A stretch of DNA of 64,000 nucleotides from an uncultured Candidatus Binatia bacterium (GCA_965242525.1 OZ251459.1:2656001-2720000); one strand, 5' to 3'; counted from the first letter of the stretch, positions 1-9,705 are shown. Translations and numbers: made by a program. Notes: a model not told the origin generated them from the letters alone.

Positions 1-66
1 CCACCGCCACCCCTGAAACCGTGCGCCGTGTCCGCCGGCGTCCCTGACCGGCAGGGAGAATCCGCC

Positions 67-348
67 ATGGCCGCCCTCAGCCGCCCGGACGCCGAGCTTG
101 CCGCCAAGATCGACCTCAAGCAGGAGATCGCTGCGTTCAAGGCCAATCTCAAGCAGGAGTTCGCTGCATTCAAGGCCGATCTCGCGCAGGATCTCAGGGC
201 GGTCAGGGTTGCCATCGCTGCGGTCAGGGCTGACATCGCTGTCTCTCGGTCTGAGCGGGAGGCCGCCCTCAACGCCGCCGTTCGCAAGATAGTGTTCGGT
301 CAAATTGCCGTCGCCGTTTGGCTCTTCGTCGCCATCAAGTGGTTTTAG
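67..348 (+). CDS. Small coiled-coil protein with C-terminal TM helix (CCDC90/DUF1640-like)
   Basis: ATG 67 follows GGGAGA; 11-aa repeats DLKQEIAAFKA/NLKQEFAAFKA; hydrophobic C-terminus IVFGQIAVAVWLFVAIKWF. Confidence 0.6.
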   Translation: MAALSRPDAELAAKIDLKQEIAAFKANLKQEFAAFKADLAQDLRAVRVAIAAVRADIAVSRSEREAALNAAVRKIVFGQIAVAVWLFVAIKWF

Positions 349-473
349 TGGACTTTCCCTCCTTGCCCGTACCCCTTGCCGTGTAAACAATGTTCCAGGT
401 CTGTACCGATCTATTAGACACCATCGGCATTCTGTGCTACAGAAGCAGGTGGTTAGACAAGGAGAAAAAAAAC

Positions 474-1325
474 ATGGAATATCAGGTAGCCTTATCTTTT
501 GCTGGTGAACAACGGTGCTATGTTGGCAAGGTAGCAAGGTCTCTTCAGGAGCAAGGCATCAGTGTATTCTACGATGAATTCGAAGAGGTATCTCTTTGGG
601 GAGAGTCCCTTATCGAGAAATTTAAAAAGGTATATGCCGAAGATGCTTCATTTGTCGTGATGTTTATTTCCAAAGAATATGTCAAAAAATCATGGCCATC
701 TCACGAGGGACGTTTGGCTCTAAATTGTGCGGTCCAGGAAAAGACAAATTTTGTTCTGCCGGTTCGATTTGACAACACACCGGTTCCTGGATTGCCAGAA
801 GACATTGGCTTCGTAAATGCCGAGGAACATTCGCCAGCGGAACTTGCGGCGATGGTTGCCGAGAAGCTTGGCATAAAGCCTTTCGAGGGCAAAGCATCCC
901 AGGGGCCGCCGCCACAAGAGGTTTCGCCGACTGGCGAGATTGAGTTCGACTACAGCAGGTATAACGGTCGCTACATTATCGGCTCTGGACAAGTGAAATT
1001 CGAGACGGAATGGACCAGGGCGAGTAATACATGTATTCATGTGTACAACGATCCTGAGTCTATCAATGGTGTTGCGCTTGCCTCTGAGTTCAGATCCATT
1101 GGAGAAGTGAAGGACGCCAGTTCATTGGACTACACGTCGCGTGCGCATTCTCCTTGTCTCGGACAGATCGTCGTATGGCGTAACGTAAACGGCTTCTACG
1201 CTGCTGTTCAGGTGCTTGAAATCAAGGACTCTACGCGTGGGGATGACAGAGACGAAGTTCGTTTCCGATACGCCATTCAGTCCAATGGTTCAGATAGTTT
1301 CGCCGAATTCCAGGGCAACGAGTAA
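474..1325 (+). CDS. TIR-domain protein (TIR_2-like) with uncharacterised beta-rich C-terminal domain
   Basis: ATG 474 follows GGAG; YQVALSFAGEQR, VFYDEF, FVVMFISKEYVKKSWPSHE (candidate catalytic Glu), LPVRFD; lower GC than backbone. Confidence 0.85.
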   Translation: MEYQVALSFAGEQRCYVGKVARSLQEQGISVFYDEFEEVSLWGESLIEKFKKVYAEDASFVVMFISKEYVKKSWPSHEGRLALNCAVQEKTNFVLPVRFDNTPVPGLPEDIGFVNAEEHSPAELAAMVAEKLGIKPFEGKASQGPPPQEVSPTGEIEFDYSRYNGRYIIGSGQVKFETEWTRASNTCIHVYNDPESINGVALASEFRSIGEVKDASSLDYTSRAHSPCLGQIVVWRNVNGFYAAVQVLEIKDSTRGDDRDEVRFRYAIQSNGSDSFAEFQGNE

Positions 1326-1391
1326 TATGCAACATCGAATCAGATGGCGAGTTCGCCGTTCATCTATCCGTGAGTGCGATCGTCGATGGGC

Positions 1392-2696
1392 CTACAGGTC
1401 CTTCACCCGTATGTTCTCTTTGCGCAACAACTTCGGGTCGGCTTTGGGTTTCTCCAAGGTCTTCTCGGCTGATCGCGCCCTAGTCGGATTAAGCATTGCA
1501 TCCTTTACGCGCTTCGCCGTCGCCAGGCCAATCGGAGACCACGATACCGCAACCACAGCGACCCGTTGACCATTTGCCGGATGCGGTACAACCCACCGGC
1601 CTACGATGGAGAGACCCGTTAGCGTCACGGCCTTCGCCTGTGACTCCAGTTTTTCGACGAACTGGCTCCCAACGGCTCCGCTGATCGACGCGTCGGCGTA
1701 TTCGATGGCGATTTCGCTACCTTCCTCCGAGGTCTCCGACCTCACCACCTCACCGACAAATCCCCTTATCGATCCCTTGGCTCGGAGTTCAGCGCGGCGC
1801 AGTGCTGCTTCTTCCGCGCGGGAGCGACGACTTGGCGACGCCTTGCGGGGCGCTGCCTGCCCAAAACCGATGAAAACCTGATCTCCATTTTCATCTGTCA
1901 GTTTGTGGACCCCCCAACTCGCAGCTATCGACTCCTTTTGCTTCGGCAACCAGTCTGCAATCCGTACACCGGCCTGTCCCTTGTTCCTGGGTGCGTGCCC
2001 GTCCGCGATGGCCCGCGCCGCGACCTCCAGTCTGGGGCTCCAAACCAAACCCACCAGAACCTCGTATGAGTTCCCCTCCTCGACCGGCCCCTCCAGCACC
2101 TCCAAGGGAAGTGCACCGGATATGTGGCTTGACGCTACTTCTCGAATTTGCCGCTTGAAAGCTCCTCGAAATGCCTGTTCCTTCTCTTTTCGACTACCGT
2201 ACCTACTCGGATCGTAATCCGAGTCAATCTTCTCAAGTTCTCGGTCGAGCGTCGCTTCGGTGAGGTCTTTCAGTTTCCTGGAAATCCTATCGGTCTGCTT
2301 CAGACGCTGAAGAGCTTCGCCTTGGCCCGTCGACCATTGAGCGTTTTCCAGCGCCTGGTAGGAGTTGTTCTGCTCGATGGAAGCTCCCAAAAATTTCACC
2401 AGCTCTGTTTTCGCCCTGAGAAACGCGATGTCATACGCTACACTGCGAGATTCATGGAAACCTGGATGATCAAGAGGAAAATCCACTGTCTTCCGGCCAC
2501 TGGCTACGAAAATATCCCGTTCGTTAGCCCCCTCTCGAAGACGCTTTTCGTCGAGACCCTTCTCCCACTCTGCCATCAGACCAGGGCTATACATTCCGAC
2601 ATGCTGGTTGTCCGCCTCGTCGGCTGCCATCGCCGACCATAGAGACCCAAACAGTAAAACCGACACAACGAAAGCCCCGGTCAAGTTCTTGTTCAT
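1392..2696 (-). CDS. Secreted protein, DUF6844/LPP20-like
   Basis: Signal peptide MNKNLTGAFVVSVLLFGSLWSAMA; GGAGG RBS; helical A-x3-A-x3-A segments (AYDIAFLRAKTELVKF, ALRRAELRAKGSIRGFV) resembling LPP20-type folds; family call from recall. Confidence 0.6.
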   Translation of the reverse strand: MNKNLTGAFVVSVLLFGSLWSAMAADEADNQHVGMYSPGLMAEWEKGLDEKRLREGANERDIFVASGRKTVDFPLDHPGFHESRSVAYDIAFLRAKTELVKFLGASIEQNNSYQALENAQWSTGQGEALQRLKQTDRISRKLKDLTEATLDRELEKIDSDYDPSRYGSRKEKEQAFRGAFKRQIREVASSHISGALPLEVLEGPVEEGNSYEVLVGLVWSPRLEVAARAIADGHAPRNKGQAGVRIADWLPKQKESIAASWGVHKLTDENGDQVFIGFGQAAPRKASPSRRSRAEEAALRRAELRAKGSIRGFVGEVVRSETSEEGSEIAIEYADASISGAVGSQFVEKLESQAKAVTLTGLSIVGRWVVPHPANGQRVAVVAVSWSPIGLATAKRVKDAMLNPTRARSAEKTLEKPKADPKLLRKENIRVKDL

Positions 2697-3133
2697 CGTT
2701 CATCCTCCTTTATCGCGCCACATACCAGGTTGCCTACTTCCCTGGACAGTTCGTTGGAGTAAGACAACGTGTAAACGAACAGCAGTCTTGACCCCGCCGC
2801 CTTCCGTGATCGACGCACCATGTTCCGCAGGAAGCCGGCGGTCTTGGATGAACGCTTGATCTCCACGACCGTAGCCCCATCCTCATTTGACTCCATAGCC
2901 GTCGTCCCCACTGTCTCTGTGCCAAACAGGTGTTCCACCAGAAGTTGCTGTGCCCGACTTCGCGCTCGTCGCGTCTGCACGGCCAAATGCCGCCCTGACG
3001 CCATCTCCACAGTTACGTAATAGTCTGCCCCCGCAGGGCATAATCGTTGCTCCACTGCGGGTCGAACCCCGAAGGGCGCTGCAGATGCCATACCGACGAT
3101 TCCCAATCCAATGAGTATGGGGATACATCTCAT
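2693..3133 (-). CDS. Small secreted hypothetical protein (LPP20-like)
   Basis: Signal peptide MRCIPILIGLGIVGMASA; 4-bp overlaps with both neighbours. Confidence 0.6.
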   Translation of the reverse strand: MRCIPILIGLGIVGMASAAPFGVRPAVEQRLCPAGADYYVTVEMASGRHLAVQTRRARSRAQQLLVEHLFGTETVGTTAMESNEDGATVVEIKRSSKTAGFLRNMVRRSRKAAGSRLLFVYTLSYSNELSREVGNLVCGAIKEDER

Positions 3134-4146
3134 TTGGCTAACATCCCGAGGTTGCGCTGAAGGTCGTGCAGCGCTATGGCTCCGACTAGTCCGAAACCCT
3201 CGTGGAAAAATTCGCGACGGGCGACTTGCTTATCATTTGCGCTCTTGACGAGGCCTTGGGATTCATATGGTTGACGAAACGACCGGCAATCACCACTGTG
3301 GGTATCACAGATCTTGATTTGGAATATTGCCTTCGCTTCGAATCTTTCACCCGTAACCAATTGAGGCGGATCTCCACAGGAATCGGCGCTGCTGACCAGG
3401 GCTGCGACGATTCCCAGGATCGCCAGGCCCTGCTCAAGCGATCCCTTTTGTTGGCCGGGGCTTTGGTAGTGTTGGTTCTGTTGGTTACGAGTTTGAGCAC
3501 GTTGCTCCTTCTTCTGAACGCAGTCCTTGTGCGCCTGTACTTCATTGATGTTGGTATAATTGCGTACTGAGATATTCTCCGAAAACACCTGCCCCAGCAG
3601 TTTGTATGCGGCCTCGTCGGCACGCAGCTCGCCTGGCCGCACCAACTGAATTCGATCTGTCGGACTGTGGAATCGAGACTGCATCCATTCGATAATTCCG
3701 TGCGCCTCTGACCTGACCTCCTCGATCCGAACGTACCAGACTTGGTCCGCAGGAGTTACGCAAACGTTCACGCGCATCGTGATCCTCAACGTCTCTCGAC
3801 TGCCAATCCGTCCAGGTGTTCTTTCCAGTATTTCGTGTGACGTGACCGTACCGCGGAACCGCTGTGAGGTGTCGGACTTGAAGCTGATGTCGTCGTTGCG
3901 GATACTCTCGCTACTTTTGCTCAACACCCGCGTGGTCGTGACCTGTTCCACCGCCAATCTGCGGCCATTTGCTATCAGTCTCGACATCAGGTCCGTAAGG
4001 GAAGTGTCGTCTACGTATTCTTCCGGATGGACCGTCACACTGGTTACATCGTCACAGATACGGCTGTCTGCCGACAAGGCTGGCCGCTCACCAAACGAAA
4101 CCAGGCAGAAAAGGCACATGACACTGGCGCGTATTATGCGTTCCAT
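3130..4146 (-). CDS. Secreted hypothetical protein with FlgT-N/LPP20-like N-terminal region
   Basis: GGAGG RBS; signal peptide; GRRLAVEQV...FRGTVTSHEILE pattern; several Cys. Confidence 0.6.
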   Translation of the reverse strand: MERIIRASVMCLFCLVSFGERPALSADSRICDDVTSVTVHPEEYVDDTSLTDLMSRLIANGRRLAVEQVTTTRVLSKSSESIRNDDISFKSDTSQRFRGTVTSHEILERTPGRIGSRETLRITMRVNVCVTPADQVWYVRIEEVRSEAHGIIEWMQSRFHSPTDRIQLVRPGELRADEAAYKLLGQVFSENISVRNYTNINEVQAHKDCVQKKEQRAQTRNQQNQHYQSPGQQKGSLEQGLAILGIVAALVSSADSCGDPPQLVTGERFEAKAIFQIKICDTHSGDCRSFRQPYESQGLVKSANDKQVARREFFHEGFGLVGAIALHDLQRNLGMLAK

Positions 4147-4278
4147 GGCGCTCCCTCCTCGGATTTCCTACCGATGTACCCATACCTTGCGACCGTTGAG
4201 CGCGTCAAGCAGTGGGTGGTAGAGGGACTGAAGGAGGTCTCTCCAAGGAGCGGAGTAGTCCGAGGGAACCACTCGAGG

Positions 4279-7125
4279 TCAGGCCGTGGCTGCGAGGATG
4301 GCGGCGATGCGGCGAGCGGTATCGGTGAAGTGCTGGACCTCCTCCGGCCGCAGCGGGCGTCCGAGGACGTCGCGTTCGCGGTAGGAAAGCCATTTCTTGA
4401 GGACCTGGTAGCCGCCGAGCTGGTAGCTCCAGACCGCGGCGGGGACGTTGCGCCAGAAGGCGCGGGCGTTCAGGTACACGTCCAACGTCGTGTTGCCGAG
4501 GGCGGGGAGCGCGTCGCCCATGGCGGCGCGTTCGTCCGGCGCAAGGGCGCGTTCGATTATGCGGCCCTGACCGGGCATGACCGTGCCGCCGTTTTCGTAA
4601 TGGCCCCAGCCGACGGTGAGGGCGAAGTCGTCGCCGGTCATGTTGCGCCCGTCCGTGGTGGCAGGCACGGCGACGGCGGCTATCTCCGGGCGCAATGCGC
4701 CGGTGGTGACTTCGGGGACCGGCGTATCGGGACCGAGCAGGGCCGCGAGTTGGCGGCCCCGGGCCGCTGATCGGGCGAGGGTTTCCGCCGCTTGCCGATC
4801 CGGGGATGCGGGACTGCGTTGGGATGCGGGCGAAACGCCCGTGGCGCCGGGGGCGGACCAACCGGGAAGCGGGATGCGCGGCCACTCCATGCGGAGCGCC
4901 CCGGCGTTGGCCTCGCGGTAAGCGGGGTCGTGGAGGGTTGCCAGGACGTGGTGGAACAGGTCCTCGACGCCGAGACCGTGGCGTTTGAGGTAGCGTTGCG
5001 CCGTGCCCGAGAGATTGGGGCGGCGGCCGCCGTCTTCGTTGTCGTCGCGGAGCCATGCGGGGATGCATGTTGCGCCTCGGTCCATGAGATCGAGGCAACC
5101 GATATGCGGGATCGCTTGTGGCGGCGACCATTCCCGGCGAGGTTTCTGCTGCGTCACCAGCCATGCGTTCCTCTCGAATACATGGGATGGGTAGTCGGCG
5201 CGCGGACGGTCGAGCAGCCCGCCATCCGCCTCCCAATACAGCCATCGGTTGTCGAACGGCCGGTAGGCAAAACGAACGAAGCCGTCTTCGTTCGGCCCGC
5301 CGCGGGAAAGCAACGCCTCGCGCACCGCGCGGGCGTCGAAGCCATCCGTCGTCTTCATCGCCGCGGGATGGCGCCGGGTGATCTCCTCGTGGCTCGAACC
5401 CGGATCGAAATAGTCCCTGATCCGCGCTTGCAACAGGTCGAGGTCGGTATCGACGAGGAACGGGTCCCGGCTGGTCTTGACCCCCGGGAACGACACCGGG
5501 AACAGGTCGGGCAACGACGGCCAGTCGAACCAGTCCTTGCTGACCGACGTTTGCATGAAGGGGAGGCCAAGGGGCAGGACCGGATGCACTTCTTCGTACA
5601 GGTGGTCCGGTTCCGCCTCTGCTGTCGCGAGCAACTCCTGCCGCTTCGCCTGCCCCCACAGATGGCGGAAGCCGATGGCCTTTGCCGGGGCGTGGTCGCC
5701 CTTGCGCACCAGCGTCGTGATCGCCGTCCCCACCTGGATGCCCACCGGCCCTCCCTCGGTCGAGAAGATGCTCGGGTCCGGCGTCCCGTCCGGCGCTACC
5801 TTCCCGGTCTTGTACTTGTCCCCGTTCAGGCAGTCGATGCGCACCGCGTCGAAGGCGTCCAGGTAGCGTTCCCGCATTCCCGTGAACGCCAAGCCGTCGA
5901 GCCAGGAGTAGTTGGAGATGAAGCAGACCACGCCCCGGCCCGTCTTCTCCGCAATGCGCCGTTCCGCCATGCGGAAGAAGCGCACGTACAGGTCGTTCAA
6001 CTTTCCCTTGGGCCGCCTTACCCGCTTCGTCCTTCGGTAGGACTCCGAAAGCTCCCGCTCCTCGTTGCCTTCCGGCTCGGGGGCAAAGCCGTTGTAAGGC
6101 GGGTTGCCCAGGATCACCAGGATGGGCCTGTCCTGCTTCACCCGCTCGGCCCGGTCCCGCTCCTCCTCCAGTTCCAGGAAGGGCAAGGGCTTGGTGGTGT
6201 GCGGCTCCCAGCCGGTGAGCGCGTTGGTGAGGAAGACGCCGGGCCGTTCCTCCCCGTCATCCTTCAGGGGCGCGTCCAGGGCTTGCATGGTGAGTCCCAC
6301 CTGAAGGTGAGCCACCACGAAGGGCGCGGGCATGATCTCGAAGCCGAACACCCGCTCGGTGGCCGCCTGCTTCACCCGCGCCCCGACCAGCGCTCCCATC
6401 CCCCGGCCTTCCAGGTTGGCGGCGATGCGGCGCAAGATCTCCGCCAGGTAGGCCCCGGTGCCGCAGCACGGGTCCAACACATAGACGTTCTCCGCGGCCA
6501 GTCCCTCCGGGATGCCCAGGTCGTCCTTCAACGCCCGGTCCGCCCGCGCCACCATGTAGCGCACCACTTCGGAAGGCGTGTACCAGACACCCAACTCTTT
6601 GCGCAGGTCGGGGTCGAATGCCTTGAGGAAGGGTTCGTAGAAATAGGGCACGGCCTCGCCCTCGTCGAAGCGGGCGAAGAAGGCGGCGTGGTCCACCCGG
6701 TCCAGCGCCGCCGCGGTCCAGTCCAGCACTTCCACCAGGCCCAGGGGTTGCAGGCGGCCGGGGTCGGACAACTGCTGGAACAGCGCACGGAGCACCGGCG
6801 CGCGCAGGTGCCATACCGCGGTGCGCCAGTCGAAAGAAGCGGGCGGGACGCCCGCGTTCCCAGGGGGGACGTTGGCAGGGATGTTCGGACTGCCGGCCCT
6901 TGCCCACAGCACCCAGGCCGAGAAGACGCCGTAGAACAGCGTCTGCACCAGGGTCGAACGGAAGAAGCGCACGCCCCGCTCCCCCTCGAAGCGGACGCCC
7001 AACGCCTCTTCCAGTGCCTTGCGCACCAACTCCAACGATGGCGCGTCGCCTGCGGCCTCCACCCGCGCAAGCCCGTCCCGGGCATAGGACGCCAGCAGCC
7101 ACGCCAAATCCTTCGCTGCGGTCAT
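4279..7125 (-). CDS. N6-adenine DNA methyltransferase with type ISP-like C-terminal specificity domain (type IIG/ISP family), lacking an N-terminal nuclease
   Basis: YFYEPFL, GVWYTP, VLDPCCGTG (motif I), GNPPY (motif IV), FISNYSWLDG, YRPFD, GGYQVLKKWLSYR; ATG 7125 with AAGGA RBS. Confidence 0.85.
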   Translation of the reverse strand: MTAAKDLAWLLASYARDGLARVEAAGDAPSLELVRKALEEALGVRFEGERGVRFFRSTLVQTLFYGVFSAWVLWARAGSPNIPANVPPGNAGVPPASFDWRTAVWHLRAPVLRALFQQLSDPGRLQPLGLVEVLDWTAAALDRVDHAAFFARFDEGEAVPYFYEPFLKAFDPDLRKELGVWYTPSEVVRYMVARADRALKDDLGIPEGLAAENVYVLDPCCGTGAYLAEILRRIAANLEGRGMGALVGARVKQAATERVFGFEIMPAPFVVAHLQVGLTMQALDAPLKDDGEERPGVFLTNALTGWEPHTTKPLPFLELEEERDRAERVKQDRPILVILGNPPYNGFAPEPEGNEERELSESYRRTKRVRRPKGKLNDLYVRFFRMAERRIAEKTGRGVVCFISNYSWLDGLAFTGMRERYLDAFDAVRIDCLNGDKYKTGKVAPDGTPDPSIFSTEGGPVGIQVGTAITTLVRKGDHAPAKAIGFRHLWGQAKRQELLATAEAEPDHLYEEVHPVLPLGLPFMQTSVSKDWFDWPSLPDLFPVSFPGVKTSRDPFLVDTDLDLLQARIRDYFDPGSSHEEITRRHPAAMKTTDGFDARAVREALLSRGGPNEDGFVRFAYRPFDNRWLYWEADGGLLDRPRADYPSHVFERNAWLVTQQKPRREWSPPQAIPHIGCLDLMDRGATCIPAWLRDDNEDGGRRPNLSGTAQRYLKRHGLGVEDLFHHVLATLHDPAYREANAGALRMEWPRIPLPGWSAPGATGVSPASQRSPASPDRQAAETLARSAARGRQLAALLGPDTPVPEVTTGALRPEIAAVAVPATTDGRNMTGDDFALTVGWGHYENGGTVMPGQGRIIERALAPDERAAMGDALPALGNTTLDVYLNARAFWRNVPAAVWSYQLGGYQVLKKWLSYRERDVLGRPLRPEEVQHFTDTARRIAAILAATA

Positions 7126-7207
7126 CGTGTCCTTTGTCGCCGAGCGCGGCCTGACATGCAAGCGCTACTCATGCCCCGGCCTTCACCTTGGCTTCTTCCA
7201 GAGGGAG

Positions 7208-7275
7208 AGCGCGTCCTTCGACTTCGCTTCGCTACGCTCAGGACGAACGGGGAGAGGATGGTCAGGGTTAGGGAA
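7208..7275 (-). repeat. Partial MITE/REP core copy
   Basis: GCGTCCTTCGACTTCGCTTCGCTACGCTCAGGACGAACGGGG, the reverse complement of the window-wide core. Confidence 0.85.
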
Positions 7276-7357
7276 GCCCCCCATCCCCCGTCCATGAATC
7301 GATGGAAAGCTGCGATTCGCTGAATCGGACAGGCCCTTGGCCCGGTCACGGGGCGGC

Positions 7358-8200
7358 TCAGGACCCCTTGAACACGATGTCCCCGAAATAGGCGACCGCG
7401 GACTCTCCCGTGTTGTCGGTGTCGGTCATCACGGCCACGCCGGAGATCAGGGGCGGGTCTTCGCCGAAGGCGTTTCGGTAGTCTTGGTAAACGTTCCGCG
7501 ACTCGGTGACCCACTGGCCGACCTTGGCTTCCCCGCTTTGGATGACGATCATCATGGCGCGCTGGGTGTAAGGGTTCGGGACGATGGTTCCCGCGGGGGT
7601 CCTGGCCTCCCAGATGTAGTTGATGGCGCCGAGGGGCGGGTATTGCCCGTGGATGAGGCGGTACGCTTCGTACTGGGTCCTCTCGAAGAAACCGGCCTTG
7701 CTGCTGTCGTATGCGAAGGTGATGTACAACCGGGCCGGGTAGTCGTCGCCGTCCTTCTCCATGACGTTGCCGTTCTTCAGGACGTTCTCGACCTTCCAGC
7801 GCCATTGGACCACGGGATACTGCTTCGGGTCGATGCTCACGGCCCGGGTCAGGCCGGAGGCCGCGGCCCGGCTCACGGCCTTGAGGACCACCGTCCCGTG
7901 GTCCTCCACCAGAGAGTACTCCGTGTGCTTCTCGATCTTCTCGAAGGTCAGGGGCTGCCAGGAATCAGGGTGGGGTCCACCGGCTTTCGCGCTTGAGAAC
8001 TTCCCGACTTCCAGGGTGGCCGGCGGTTCTTCCCGGAGGTTCGGCACCCCTTGGGACGAGGGCGTCCCGCCCGTCCCCGTACCTTCCAGGGCGGGCGGCG
8101 TTTGTCCGAGGAGGTTTGGCGCAGACAGGGCAAGGATCAGGCATACCGCGGCGGACCCGACGAGAGACCCGGGGACCGTATGCCTGGCTGGACGACCCAT
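7358..8200 (-). CDS. DUF3047 domain protein (secreted)
   Basis: Signal peptide; WRWKV, KDGDDYPARLY, INYIW, RNVYQDY, MTDTDNTG, YFGDI; AGGAGG RBS. Confidence 0.85.
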   Translation of the reverse strand: MGRPARHTVPGSLVGSAAVCLILALSAPNLLGQTPPALEGTGTGGTPSSQGVPNLREEPPATLEVGKFSSAKAGGPHPDSWQPLTFEKIEKHTEYSLVEDHGTVVLKAVSRAAASGLTRAVSIDPKQYPVVQWRWKVENVLKNGNVMEKDGDDYPARLYITFAYDSSKAGFFERTQYEAYRLIHGQYPPLGAINYIWEARTPAGTIVPNPYTQRAMMIVIQSGEAKVGQWVTESRNVYQDYRNAFGEDPPLISGVAVMTDTDNTGESAVAYFGDIVFKGS

Positions 8201-8272
8201 GCGATACCTCCTCGTCGCCGGACAACGCCGGAATTGGTCTGGGCAATCCTTGCCCTACAGCCTTTGCCTATG

Positions 8273-8473
8273 GGAACCTCTGAACAATCGAGACATCCAG
8301 TTCCCGATTCCCTCACCCTGACGCCCCTATTCCCGTTCGTCCTGAGCGTAGCGAAGCGGAGTCCCCCATTCATCCTGAGCGTAGCGAAGCAGAGTCCCCC
8401 GTTCATCCTGAGCGTAGCGAAGCGGAGTCGAAGGACGCGCTCATGCCCTCTGTCCCGGTTGTTCAGAGTTTCC
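8273..8473. mobile_element. IS5-like MITE with three tandem 33-bp REP cores
   Basis: Imperfect TIRs GGAACCTCTGAACAATCGAGAC / GTCCCGGTTGTTCAGAGTTTCC; 4-bp direct repeat TATG on both flanks (8269-8272, 8474-8477). Confidence 0.8.
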
Positions 8474-9468
8474 TATGGTGTGCCGAGGGTCCGGGCGCGT
8501 TCCGTGAAGACCGAAGGGTTGGCTCGCCAGTCCGAATAGTCGATGCGCCCGTTGTCTGTGAGCAGGTTGATCTTCCGGTCGAGACAGGCCGCCAACGCGG
8601 CGTCCCCTGCATCGAGGGCAAAGCCGCCGCGTTCGCGTTTGGCCGGGTCGGGGTCCTGCACCGAGACCGCCAGGGCGCCGCGGGACGCCGCGCTGGCCTC
8701 GCCGTTGCCGATGTTGCCCCTCGCCACCGCGTCGATGTCTCCGTTCTTCAGGGCGGCCAGCATCTTTCCTTCCTGGTCGTAGTACCTCACTTGCGGCATG
8801 GTCGGGCCTGCCGGGGTGATGGACGTCCGTCGTTCGAGTTGGTCCGACTCCCTGGCTGCGGTGATGACATGATCCTTGCCCCCGTCCGCGGTCACTACCG
8901 CCCCTCCCTCCACCGTCACCTTCGTACCCGCGGCCAGGACCCCCTTCCCGTCGGTAAGGCCCGTCAGTTGCAGCAGCCGCTCTTCCCCGGTGGTTTCCGC
9001 CACCACGCCCACCCGGTGGGCGCTGGTCAGACTGTCGTAATCGCCGAGACGCTCCTTGTCCGCGGCGCGCACCAGCAGGGTCTGCAGGAACGAGATGTGC
9101 CCCGAGGTGAAGACTACTACTTTCTTGCCGGCCTCGTTGCGGGTGCGGTCTTCACGGATGGTGATGCCGCCGCCCACCACGTCGAACTCCGGCCGCGCCG
9201 CCTTGAGCCAGATGCCGCGGAAGGGGTCGCCGACGCCCCGGCGGGAAAAGGCCAGTCCGGCGCCCTCCATGGCCTCCAGCGCGGTGAGCAGGTCCGCTTC
9301 GTAGCCTCGATGGACGTCGAACCCGGGGGAACCCGGGGTGCGGTCCCGGCTGTAGCTGACGGGCTTGAAGTCGGAGTAGAACCCTGCGTTGAGGACACGC
9401 CCGCCGTGGGTGCACGCTTCCGACCCGGAGGCAACCAGAAGGGCAGCCACCGCGGACAGGACCGCCAT
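8473..9468 (-). CDS. Amino-acid-type ABC transporter substrate-binding protein (SBP_bac_3); true start may be 9735
   Basis: DFKPVSY, GYEADLL, DVVGGGITIREDR, LKNGDIDAV; hydrophobic signal segment MAVLSAVAALLVASGSEA. Confidence 0.8.
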   Translation of the reverse strand: MAVLSAVAALLVASGSEACTHGGRVLNAGFYSDFKPVSYSRDRTPGSPGFDVHRGYEADLLTALEAMEGAGLAFSRRGVGDPFRGIWLKAARPEFDVVGGGITIREDRTRNEAGKKVVVFTSGHISFLQTLLVRAADKERLGDYDSLTSAHRVGVVAETTGEERLLQLTGLTDGKGVLAAGTKVTVEGGAVVTADGGKDHVITAARESDQLERRTSITPAGPTMPQVRYYDQEGKMLAALKNGDIDAVARGNIGNGEASAASRGALAVSVQDPDPAKRERGGFALDAGDAALAACLDRKINLLTDNGRIDYSDWRANPSVFTERARTLGTP

Positions 9469-9481
9469 GAAGACGACTTTG

Positions 9482-9705
9482 GGAAACCCTGAACAATTAT
9501 CCCCCTTCGTCCTGAGTGTAGCGAAGCGAAGGAAACCCTGAACAATTGCCCCCGTTCGTCCTGAGCGTAGCGAAGCGAAGTCGAAGGACGCGCTTTCCCG
9601 CAGGGAGAGACGCCTCGAACCGGAATTGATCAGATGTTCCCGAAGTCGAAGGACGCGCTTTCCCACAGGGAGAGACGGTTCAAACCGGAATCGTTCAGGG
9701 TTTCC
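9482..9705. mobile_element. Composite MITE with internal duplications
   Basis: GGAAACCCTGAACAATT ... AATCGTTCAGGGTTTCC; two REP cores; duplicated GCTTTCCC(G/A)CAGGGAGAGACG segment. Confidence 0.8.

Noticed and set aside
8330-8440. Three 33-bp direct repeats resembling a CRISPR array
   Set aside because: There are no unique spacers and no cas genes; the unit is the dispersed REP core.
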